Positions 9,631-18,292 of a stretch of DNA of 64,000 nucleotides are shown piece after piece. This DNA is from Candidatus Ozemobacteraceae bacterium (GTDB taxonomy: Bacteria; Muiribacteriota; Ozemobacteria; Ozemobacterales; Ozemobacteraceae), in the NCBI GenBank assembly GCA_965140445.1, contig OZ223236.1, positions 4,416,001 through 4,480,000 of the forward strand, given 5' to 3'. The stretch's first letter is position 1; each line of letters starts with the position of its first letter. The translations under genes and the position numbers were made by a program. The notes under the pieces were generated by a model. The model searched no databases and was not told the origin of the DNA. It was given only the letters and a program-made list of their open reading frames with translations.

Positions 9631-12611
9631 AGCTTCCCCTCCAAGCTAACAAGCTCTTTAGCTTGATATGTGGAGTCAATTTCTGAAAACAAACCTTTAT
9701 GATCTGAAAACATTTCTTCAAATCTTTGCGAAACTACTATTCCTGTATACCTGCTAAGCTTTGAAAGTCCCTCTAGCGATTCTGCTTCATGCAAAGTTTC
9801 TCCAACCACGGAGAAATCAAGACGAAATGTGGCATCTCCAATAACTCCAGACAAAACCTTCCCAAAATCTATTCCCACGCCAATTTTGTATTTGAATTTA
9901 TTTCCTGCTTCCCTGTCTTCTTGAATTTTATTGTGCATATTCATTATACCAATCGAAGCATTTAGCGCATTTTTAAATGGAAGGGCACCTTCATTTTCGT
10001 AGAAAACAGCCCAGACAGCGTCTCCCACAAATCGATCAATAATCCCTCCATAGTTTTCAATTATCTCTGAAGTGGCTCCCAAATGCGTATTAACCATCTC
10101 AAAAACCTCTTCGGATGTCTCACGTTCAGAAATAGTCGTAAAAGACCTGATATCTGAAACAAGAATTATGGCATTCTGAAAGGTTCCCGCCCCAGCCTTT
10201 ATAAGGTTTTTTTCCTCAATTACGTTCATAACCTGCGGAGAAACAAACCTGGAAACACCCTTTCTTTCTAACAGCCAATTCACCATAGAGTTTAACTTTT
10301 TCCCAACAAACCCAAATTCATCCTGTCTGTTGTAGTTAAAATCCTGACAAAACTCCCCATTTCGCACTTTCCTGAGTTGATTTCGCATCTGTAGAATAGG
10401 AGAAACTATCCAATATGAAAACCCCTGCAACCCAAGAAAAAGAATCAAAATCAGTGATAAAATCGAGAAAAAAACCAGCAACTTTTCAATATCAACAGCC
10501 TGAAGAATCAAATAATCCGGAGCACGGATTGCAATAACATAACCAGGGATTCTAACCGTTGGCATAGCAACTTCGACACCATCTTTTGAAAATTTTCTTA
10601 CAATTGTGTCACCTGAAAGCCTTGCAATATCTTTTAAACCTTTAATATTTCCTGCTTTCGCTATGCTTCTTAAGCCATTTCCATCATTTCTAAAAATTAC
10701 AAAATCCACGCTTAAACCACGGTTTTGTCGAAATTCCACCGCGGTTTCATAAACCATTTCAGGTAAAATTCTTTCATATTCAACGATCGCATTCTTTGCA
10801 AAAAGGGCAATACCAAATAACTCCGCATTCCTGTATACCGGGTGATAATAATGAAGGAAAACATCATTCCCCCTATCAAAAAGAACAACTCGACCAAAGC
10901 TTTCTCTTATGTAATCCGCATTTTCATAAAGTTTTGAATCATCAACCCCAGCAAACTGTGGAACTCTTTTGTCTTTATACTGAGATACATTATTAAGTAA
11001 AGGCTTTCTATTTTTATTGGGAGAAGCCTGTTCAAGATATGCTCCAATAACTGCACCCAATATATTTGTAGCAGCACTTCCCATATCCGAGGAAGTTTTC
11101 GGATTGTATTTTTTAAAAAGCCATCCCCCTTGAATTGCCGTTAGTATTCCATCTGTTTCCAACCCATTTTCACCAAGAAACTTTTCCCATCTCCCAAGTA
11201 TTTTTTGGTCATCCCATGGTTTCTGTTGAAGCTCAAAGCATTCATTGGAAAACCTTTTATCCTCTACCAATAGTTGACAAGCTCTCTGCATTCTTGCCTG
11301 GATTTTACCTGAACGAACTTCAAAATCAGAGAGTTGTTTTTCGAGAGCTCCTTGCAGCTCCCTCATTCGACCATCTTTGAAGCCTTGCAGCAAAGCGGAC
11401 CAGGTTCCAAATGATAAACCAGCGGGCACTGCACAAAAGGCTAAAAACCAAAAAGAAAGCCTGATTTTTAAAGAAAAAGAACTGGTTTGCCCAAAAATAA
11501 ATCTGTTTGACATAAACAGTAGCCAAAAAGCCCCAACAATCCAGGCGTAAGCTTTTGAAATCTTCAAACGGAAAGTTTCTGGAAGTTTTGGCCGTTCTGA
11601 AATTATCAAACCAAGGTGTCCACAAAGACTTGATAAGACACAAACCCTCACACGGTATTTCCCTACATCCAGAACCCTGCCAACAATCGACCCCGGCAAC
11701 TTAACACTCCCAGACTTGTCATATCCGGTATTTTTTTTCCACTCAAAATTTTGCAATAAAAGTTCTTTTATATCTTTCTCCAAACTCTTTATTCCAGCTA
11801 TGGATTTATGAAAAACAATATTTTGAAAACCTTCCATGGTTAAAGGAGCATAAGCTGGGTAAACGCCATTCCCTTTATCTATTAAATTCCAATTGGCTAT
11901 TATCAGTTCTAACGGCAAAAGCCTTTCTTTTTCACTAACAGGCTGCAAAAGCAAGTAGCCACCAGCTACATTGCCTGTTTCAGGGTTCTTTAAACACTCC
12001 CATAGTAGTAAATAAGGCTTTCCGTCATAAATAACAGGAAAAGGTATGCCACTAAATCGTTTATAAAACAGTTTTTCAGAAACCATCTTCCCAAAAAGAG
12101 CTTTAAGCCTTTGGTTCCAGTTAGAAGAACCAAACCCCGTATCCTCACCCATTTCCTGACGGGCAATATCCAAAAACAATTTTTCTAAAAAGTATTTTTT
12201 ATCTTTTTGAAACCCAGAACTGGTTAGCATTTTCACTTGCTTTTTTGTGGAAAAGCTAAATCCCCATAGCAAAAAATCAGGCGTAAATTTAAGCTTTAGA
12301 GCTTTTGGCAAAAGAGCAATAGAGCTTTCAATAGACTTTTCCGAACTTACATTTGCTAAAAAAAACGAGTTTAATTGGGCCGCTGCAAATTTAATCCAAT
12401 ATTCTGGACTAGAAGCAGCCTTAAACATTTCACTAGTAGAATCTGTTTCTGAAAGCCAGATTCTGTCACTATTTCTTTTTTGACTAATCTTTTCCCCATC
12501 AGGGTCCCAATCCCACATCAGAAAAATAGCAGGAATAATACTCAAAACAAGGAGCATCAACCAGCTTCCCGAAAAAACTTTTTTCCCAAATGCTCTTCGG
12601 TCTTTTTTCAT
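9627..12611 (-). CDS. 4-TM sensor-HAMP class III nucleotidyl cyclase, C1-like half (lacks the Asn/Arg transition-state residues)
   Basis: HAMP (PILQMRNQLRKVRNGEF...DEFGFVGKKLNSM), SRFVSPQV, LVSDIRSFT, IDRFVGDA, VVGETLHEAESLE. ATGA overlap with the upstream gene. Confidence 0.9.
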   Translation of the reverse strand: MKKDRRAFGKKVFSGSWLMLLVLSIIPAIFLMWDWDPDGEKISQKRNSDRIWLSETDSTSEMFKAASSPEYWIKFAAAQLNSFFLANVSSEKSIESSIALLPKALKLKFTPDFLLWGFSFSTKKQVKMLTSSGFQKDKKYFLEKLFLDIARQEMGEDTGFGSSNWNQRLKALFGKMVSEKLFYKRFSGIPFPVIYDGKPYLLLWECLKNPETGNVAGGYLLLQPVSEKERLLPLELIIANWNLIDKGNGVYPAYAPLTMEGFQNIVFHKSIAGIKSLEKDIKELLLQNFEWKKNTGYDKSGSVKLPGSIVGRVLDVGKYRVRVCVLSSLCGHLGLIISERPKLPETFRLKISKAYAWIVGAFWLLFMSNRFIFGQTSSFSLKIRLSFWFLAFCAVPAGLSFGTWSALLQGFKDGRMRELQGALEKQLSDFEVRSGKIQARMQRACQLLVEDKRFSNECFELQQKPWDDQKILGRWEKFLGENGLETDGILTAIQGGWLFKKYNPKTSSDMGSAATNILGAVIGAYLEQASPNKNRKPLLNNVSQYKDKRVPQFAGVDDSKLYENADYIRESFGRVVLFDRGNDVFLHYYHPVYRNAELFGIALFAKNAIVEYERILPEMVYETAVEFRQNRGLSVDFVIFRNDGNGLRSIAKAGNIKGLKDIARLSGDTIVRKFSKDGVEVAMPTVRIPGYVIAIRAPDYLILQAVDIEKLLVFFSILSLILILFLGLQGFSYWIVSPILQMRNQLRKVRNGEFCQDFNYNRQDEFGFVGKKLNSMVNWLLERKGVSRFVSPQVMNVIEEKNLIKAGAGTFQNAIILVSDIRSFTTISERETSEEVFEMVNTHLGATSEIIENYGGIIDRFVGDAVWAVFYENEGALPFKNALNASIGIMNMHNKIQEDREAGNKFKYKIGVGIDFGKVLSGVIGDATFRLDFSVVGETLHEAESLEGLSKLSRYTGIVVSQRFEEMFSDHKGLFSEIDSTYQAKELVSLEGKL

Positions 12612-14743
12612 ATTTTTTCTTTGGGTTTCATTTCTTTAAGAAGATCGTTCTTAATTTGATAAACCTCTGACTCAAAATTCTTTTGGCACTTTCCAAAACT
12701 ATCGCAATAAACCAGTTCGGCAAGTCTTTCTAACTTCTCGCGCATGTGTTCCGGGAAAATCTTTTCTTTAAGAAGGAATTCATTAAACTCTTTTGGAGTC
12801 ATCCATGGCTCTCTACTTATTGGTAATAATTGCACCCAATTTAAATACCAGTCTGGTAGATACGCAAAAAGAGGTTTTCGTCTTGTTTTTGACTTTAAAT
12901 TAGGTAAAACAAGGCTAGCAAGAAGTAGGGCAAAAAACATGTAGTCTTTCCATAGCAACTTTAGATTCCATAGTCGACTTAAGTAATCATTTAACCTTGA
13001 TTTAATTAAGCGAAACCCACTGCCCTGAGTTTTGTTGTCAAAACTATAAACAAACCTGAACCAATATCCTTCATAAGCCTCCCATAGAATGGCCAGCGGT
13101 CTGAACAATGCCAGGTCAAATAAACCGTTATCATTAGTATCAAATGGAGTAGGATCAAAAGGAACCCAGCCTTGCCCGGGAAAGTAAACCTCGACCCAGG
13201 TATGAGCATGCCTTTGCCTAACAGTAAAAAAACTTCCAAGTTCATTCCATTCACCCATTGAATAGCCACTAACAGGTCTCGCAGCGATATCCATCCCCCT
13301 AAGCAGCAGAGTTAAAGCTGATGCGAAATGCTCACAACTTCCAGCTTTTGACTTGAATAAAAAATCCTCAACAGGATCTGAAGCGCCAGAAAACTCCTCA
13401 TATAGGGAATACTTACAATTTCTATTCAAATACTCCATTCCTCTGGTCACTGCCTGATTTATAGTTACTGTGCCAGAAGCTAATGATTTTGCCAGTGCTT
13501 GAATTCTTTTGGGAATGCCAAAAGAATTAACATAAGTCCTTTGCCATCCTCGCAAATCAACGTCAGTGATAGGAGCATCTCTAATCTCAAGTGGATTTAG
13601 AATAAAACTTGCCTGGTAACGCTTTCTATTTGTTTCTTTCTTGGTAAAGAAAAAGGACTGATCCTGATGCATTACAAGATACTGTACATCAAAATTTGCT
13701 GAAACAACCTGATCAGGAAAAAAAACAACAGGTGGGTCTGTATTTTCAAGGCTTATTTCAACCCGATGCAAGGCATTCTGGCTAACCGGTTCTTTTACAA
13801 AAACAATTTCGCCAGCAGTTTTTGCCAACTCTACAAACCATTTCCTTTGGGTGTATTTTTGCCACTTGCCGTCAGAATAGACAGCGAAGCTTGTTCCACG
13901 TAGTTTTTTTTCCTTTAATCTCTTTATCACAGAAGTTGATAAAGATTTAGCCTCCAGGGGCTTAACACGCATAATCACAGTAGGATTATCTTCTAAGAAG
14001 CCTCCTTCTCCAAGGGAAAGCTCACCTGAAAACCCTTTAAGCTTTCTTCGCCCAAGATCAGAAGCCAAACCAAAACTTTCAGTTCTTGGAATAAGGTAAA
14101 ACATAAAAACCCATAAGCAGAAAAACAGAACTCCAGCAAAAATGGTTCTTACAGCTCGAAAAGTTTTAAAAGATTCAATTGCTGAAGCACAATAAATTGA
14201 AGTTCCTCGAACAACTTTTTTGCAATCTGAAAAAGTTAACTCTTCTAACGCTAAAAACGAAACAATCAGAAATGGAACCAGGGCAAGTGGAAAAAGGAAA
14301 TTCACATTCATTGCAGCAACAGCCAATATAGCCATTAAAGAAAGAATTAAACTTCCTATTACTCCTCTTCTATCCTTGAGGCCCATAACTTGCAGAGATA
14401 AAATACTAAGATTAAATTCCAACAGCACAATAATTCCAGGCCTTAATGATGAATACCCATTTAGCATGTAAAAAAAAGCAAACAGGCTTAGCAGTTGCAT
14501 TGGAAAACTCTTTATTTGCGGAGGGCGCCCCTTAACAAGAAGAAAACAAAAAACAAAAAATAAAAAATAAGTAAATGGTCTCAAATACCCCGTTGTCCAT
14601 ACAGCAAAAAGACTTGTAATGGCCAAAGTTACCAACAAACGAAATAATCGACTACTTAAAGGCTTGGAAGAATTTGTAGGAAAAAATGTTGCCTCAACCG
14701 AATCCTCTAAAACAATTTGATTGAATTTACTATCTGAATTCAT
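12608..14743 (-). CDS. TgpA-type membrane transglutaminase-like protein (DUF3488 + TG domain)
   Basis: Multi-TM N-terminus, IPR...GFS motif, triad GSCEHFASA / HAHTWVEVY / FDPTP. Likely ATG 14743, 1 nt after the DUF58 stop; the ORF track extends it to 14923. Confidence 0.88.
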   Translation of the reverse strand: MNSDSKFNQIVLEDSVEATFFPTNSSKPLSSRLFRLLVTLAITSLFAVWTTGYLRPFTYFLFFVFCFLLVKGRPPQIKSFPMQLLSLFAFFYMLNGYSSLRPGIIVLLEFNLSILSLQVMGLKDRRGVIGSLILSLMAILAVAAMNVNFLFPLALVPFLIVSFLALEELTFSDCKKVVRGTSIYCASAIESFKTFRAVRTIFAGVLFFCLWVFMFYLIPRTESFGLASDLGRRKLKGFSGELSLGEGGFLEDNPTVIMRVKPLEAKSLSTSVIKRLKEKKLRGTSFAVYSDGKWQKYTQRKWFVELAKTAGEIVFVKEPVSQNALHRVEISLENTDPPVVFFPDQVVSANFDVQYLVMHQDQSFFFTKKETNRKRYQASFILNPLEIRDAPITDVDLRGWQRTYVNSFGIPKRIQALAKSLASGTVTINQAVTRGMEYLNRNCKYSLYEEFSGASDPVEDFLFKSKAGSCEHFASALTLLLRGMDIAARPVSGYSMGEWNELGSFFTVRQRHAHTWVEVYFPGQGWVPFDPTPFDTNDNGLFDLALFRPLAILWEAYEGYWFRFVYSFDNKTQGSGFRLIKSRLNDYLSRLWNLKLLWKDYMFFALLLASLVLPNLKSKTRRKPLFAYLPDWYLNWVQLLPISREPWMTPKEFNEFLLKEKIFPEHMREKLERLAELVYCDSFGKCQKNFESEVYQIKNDLLKEMKPKEKI

Positions 14744-14744
14744 G

Positions 14745-15719
14745 TCAAGATAGTCCTTCCCGGGCAAAATTAAAATCCAAAAACTCCCCTTCTGCTTCTG
14801 GGATAAAGTCATCAAGATTTGCCAGAGCAAGCCACTTAAAAACAAATGTTGAGTTTTTACAAATGTCCTGCCAACCGAACTCTCCTTCGTCATTTGGAGC
14901 CCAGACAAACATTCTGCTGGCATTTTTCAAATTATCAACAACCCATCGGGAAACAATTCTTAATGAAGCTTCGAAGCTTTCATTATCCAACCCATCAAAA
15001 CAAAATCTAACCCTTTCAGGACATCCTGTAGGGATCGTCTTCAGTAGAATCCATTCTTTATCAGAGCGGGCAGAAATTTTCCAATTGATTAGAGAAGCAT
15101 CTTCACCCACTCCGTAGGGTTTTTGCATCCAATAATCGCCCTCTCTTCCCTCATAACTTCTACCAGAATCAACCCCCTTGAACCTTTGTTCAAGCTTATG
15201 GGAATAATCAGATGGAAGTGGAGCAGCCCAGCCGTAAAAGTCAGGCATTTCCCTGTATGCTCTAAACAAACCTAACGGGAAAAAGGAAAAAACCTCCAGA
15301 TTCCCAACCAGATAGGCACCACGCAATTTTGGGGTGAACTTTCTTTTTAAGATAACGGTTTCACCTGGAGAAAGTCTTTCAACAATCTCATTTCCAAAAC
15401 CTATCAAACAATGGAAACGCGCCAAAGTAGGGGTCAGGTGACAGTTCAAATGCAGCTGCTCACCAACAAAGCAGGTTTTCCGACACTTCATCTCTAATGA
15501 CAAAGAAGAGATATTTCGATATGACACCAAAAAACCCACTGACAAGCTTGCCAACAGACAACTGCTAATCAAATACAAAAGATTGTTTCCGGTATTTTGA
15601 GCTGCAAACATCAAAAAAACGGCAAGAAACGCTATCCCTCTTCCAAGCCATGTCAATCTGATTCTTAATGGGGGGGTTACGAAATCTCTAACCTCTGCAG
15701 AATTTCTTCTCTTATCCAA
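14745..15719 (-). CDS. DUF58 family protein
   Basis: AAQNTGNNLLYL, RGAY, FPLGLF, PY.VGEDASLINWKISAR. Lies between moxR and the transglutaminase, the classic triplet. Confidence 0.82.
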   Translation of the reverse strand: MDKRRNSAEVRDFVTPPLRIRLTWLGRGIAFLAVFLMFAAQNTGNNLLYLISSCLLASLSVGFLVSYRNISSLSLEMKCRKTCFVGEQLHLNCHLTPTLARFHCLIGFGNEIVERLSPGETVILKRKFTPKLRGAYLVGNLEVFSFFPLGLFRAYREMPDFYGWAAPLPSDYSHKLEQRFKGVDSGRSYEGREGDYWMQKPYGVGEDASLINWKISARSDKEWILLKTIPTGCPERVRFCFDGLDNESFEASLRIVSRWVVDNLKNASRMFVWAPNDEGEFGWQDICKNSTFVFKWLALANLDDFIPEAEGEFLDFNFAREGLS

Positions 15720-16618
15720 TCTTCAGAAGCCCCTTCCGATGAAAATACCCCTGTAGCACCTTTTAAACCAATTCTATGCCCTAATACTGATGGCGCTAAC
15801 TCTTTCACATGATCAAAATCGACCCATTCAGCCTTCCTCATAAACGCCAATCCCTGACATGCTTTCATAAGAGCAATGCTTCCTCTTGGACTTACCGGTA
15901 ATTCAACAAAATCATGTTCTCTGGTTCTTGTAGCAATCCTTCCAATGTAATCAATAACAGAATCAGGAACTTCAACCTTCGCGACACATTCCTGCATAAG
16001 AAGAATATCTTTTGTATCTACAACTGAATTCAGCTGTTCAATAGGGGCCCCAAGCATATGTTTTTTTAGAATTTCCTTTTCCATTCCAGCCTTGGGATAT
16101 CCTATAGAAAGCCTTAGCATGAAACGATCCCTCTGCGATTCAGGCAAAGGATAGGTCCCATGAAACCCCTTTGGATTCTGAGTTGCAATAACCAAAAAAG
16201 GTTTTTCCAAATTAAAAGAATTTCTTTCAATGCTTACACTTAAATCATTCATAGCTTGAAGCAAAGCGCTCTGGGTTTTTGGTGGCGCTCTATTAAGCTC
16301 ATCTGCCAGGATTAGATTAGAAAAAATCGGCCCTTTAATAAACTCAAATTCTTCAGTTTTTCTGCGATAGATCTTTGTACCAATAATATCAGAGGGTAGC
16401 AGATCAGCAGTAAATTGAATGCGATTAAACACTCCCCCTATAAGCTTTGCAATAGAAGAAGCCAGCGTTGTTTTCCCAACTCCGGGCATGTCTTCCAGTA
16501 AAAGATGCCCCCCAGAAATGAGGCATACAAGAACCTTTTCGATCTGTTCAGGCTTGCCAATTATTACTGAGTTTAGTTTTTCTTTTATAGTTTGAATTTT
16601 ATTTTGAATATCTTGCAT
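15677..16618 (-). CDS. MoxR family AAA+ ATPase
   Basis: GHLLLEDMPGVGKT, RIQFTADLLPSDIIG, LADELNRAPPKTQSALL, ATQNP, GTYPLPESQRDRF, SPR. Confidence 0.95.
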   Translation of the reverse strand: MQDIQNKIQTIKEKLNSVIIGKPEQIEKVLVCLISGGHLLLEDMPGVGKTTLASSIAKLIGGVFNRIQFTADLLPSDIIGTKIYRRKTEEFEFIKGPIFSNLILADELNRAPPKTQSALLQAMNDLSVSIERNSFNLEKPFLVIATQNPKGFHGTYPLPESQRDRFMLRLSIGYPKAGMEKEILKKHMLGAPIEQLNSVVDTKDILLMQECVAKVEVPDSVIDYIGRIATRTREHDFVELPVSPRGSIALMKACQGLAFMRKAEWVDFDHVKELAPSVLGHRIGLKGATGVFSSEGASEDWIREEILQRLEIS

Positions 16619-16767
16619 ATTGATGACAATTCTAGCACATAAAAAGGCCTATTAGTTCTATTTAATAACATTTTTGAACAAGAAAAATTCAATTCTAAGC
16701 ACAAAATATGTTACAATGTCTCAACAAATTTTACCCTAATATATAAATAGAATCAAGGAAGGAAAAA

Positions 16768-18216
16768 ATGGCCAAAAAGGCATCTAGTTCAGGAAGTTCT
16801 AAGGTCAAAAGTTTCAAGCCAGAAAATGCATGGGATGTTCTCCCAGATAAAGAAATCAAGCTTCTAGAAAGCAGATCAGTTAATTACATTGAATTTCTGG
16901 CAAATTGTAAAACCGAAAGAGAAACCATAAAATTCATTCAAGCCAAAGCAGGTAAGCTTGGTTTTAAGGAATTATCTACTCTCGGAAAAGGAAAAAAACT
17001 CAAGCCCGGAGCAAAAGTTTATTTCATCAACAAAAATAGAGCAATGGGACTTGCTGTAATTGGCAAAAGGCCAGCCAGCGAAGGTTTTAGATTGATTGCC
17101 GCCCACCACGATGTACCTAGAATAGACATTAAACCCACCCCGCTTTATGAAAAGCACGGACTTGCCTTGCTTAAAACCCACTATTATGGTGGTGTAAAAA
17201 AGTTTCAATGGGCTGTAATACCATTAGCACTTCACGGTTTTGCAATAACCGCCAAAGGAAAAGAAGTTAATTTTAGAATTGGTGACAAGCCAGGGGACCC
17301 TGTATTCACAATCAGCGACATTGCACCTCATTTGTCACAAAAAATTCAGGACAGCAGAAAATCTAACGCAACCTTCTCTGGTGAAGAACTAAACGTTTTG
17401 GTTGGGCACATTCCTCTGAAGGCTAAAAAAGAAGAGGACAAGAAAAAGAATGATCGCGTTAAAAATGCAATTCTTACGCACCTTGAAAAAGAATACGGCT
17501 TTGAAGAAGAAGATTTTGCATGGGCAGAAATTCATGCGGTCCCAGCTTTTGACCCAAAAGAAGTTGGCTTTGACAGAGGAATAATTGGTGGCTACGGACA
17601 CGACGACAGAGCGTGCGTTATGGCAGCATTTGAAGCCATTTCAGACATAAAAATACCCGAACACACCTGCGGCATTTTATTGCTGGACAAAGAAGAAATA
17701 GGCTCTTGTGGATCAAGCGGAGCCTCATCCATGATGGTTACCGACTTTCTAGCAATGCTCACCGAAGCGACTTCCGGGGAAAGCAGTTTTTGCTCGATCC
17801 GCAATGCAATATCAGAGACATTTGTTATTTCAGCCGATACAGCCCCACCAATCGACCCCAACTTTGAGTCCACGCACGACCCACTGAACTCTGGAGTTCT
17901 GGGAAAAGGCGTATGGGTAAGCAAATACTCAGGTGCAATGGGAAAATTCATGAGCGGAGAAGCTGATGTTGAATTTATGGCTAATATTCGCAAACTACTA
18001 AATAAAGAAAATATCCCGTATCAGTTTGGCGAATTTGGCAAGGTCGACGAAGGTGGCGGCGGAACAGTTGCTTTTCTTTTAAGCAATATGAACATGCACG
18101 TTCTAGATATTGCTTTGCCAACTCTCAGCCTTCACTCTCCTTTTGAATTAATTTCAAAAGTAGACTACCATTATACAGTAAGCACTTATAAAGCCTTCAT
18201 GGCAAACAAGTATTAA
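16768..18216 (+). CDS. M18 family (aspartyl) aminopeptidase
   Basis: CKTERE, AHHDVPR, HYYGG, GYGHDDR, DKEEIGS, GGGGT, SLHSPFE. AAGGAAGG RBS. Confidence 0.92.
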   Translation: MAKKASSSGSSKVKSFKPENAWDVLPDKEIKLLESRSVNYIEFLANCKTERETIKFIQAKAGKLGFKELSTLGKGKKLKPGAKVYFINKNRAMGLAVIGKRPASEGFRLIAAHHDVPRIDIKPTPLYEKHGLALLKTHYYGGVKKFQWAVIPLALHGFAITAKGKEVNFRIGDKPGDPVFTISDIAPHLSQKIQDSRKSNATFSGEELNVLVGHIPLKAKKEEDKKKNDRVKNAILTHLEKEYGFEEEDFAWAEIHAVPAFDPKEVGFDRGIIGGYGHDDRACVMAAFEAISDIKIPEHTCGILLLDKEEIGSCGSSGASSMMVTDFLAMLTEATSGESSFCSIRNAISETFVISADTAPPIDPNFESTHDPLNSGVLGKGVWVSKYSGAMGKFMSGEADVEFMANIRKLLNKENIPYQFGEFGKVDEGGGGTVAFLLSNMNMHVLDIALPTLSLHSPFELISKVDYHYTVSTYKAFMANKY

Positions 18217-18236
18217 AACACTCTCAAAAAACCGTT

Positions 18237-18273
18237 AAAAAGCGGGCCTGGCTTACCGCCAGCCCGCTTTTTT
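18237..18273 (+). terminator. Rho-independent terminator
   Basis: AAAAAGCGGGCCTGGC-TTACC-GCCAGCCCGCTTTTTT, immediately after the M18 stop. Confidence 0.8.
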
Positions 18274-18292
18274 CAAAATTGGAAGAAAAACA

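Noticed and set aside
6544..12611. Cyclases as decaying pseudogenes or as a Pycsar/CBASS defence system
   Set aside because: Both ORFs are full length and the residue losses are exactly reciprocal. They are HAMP receptor cyclases with no adjacent cNMP-binding TIR/TM effector.
14744..14923. Long N-terminal extensions in the ORF track (TG to 14923, mnmE to 3096, HDIG to 33732, rpsT to 19826)
   Set aside because: They overlap upstream genes or promoters. Downstream ATGs with RBS or stop-start coupling fit the families better.
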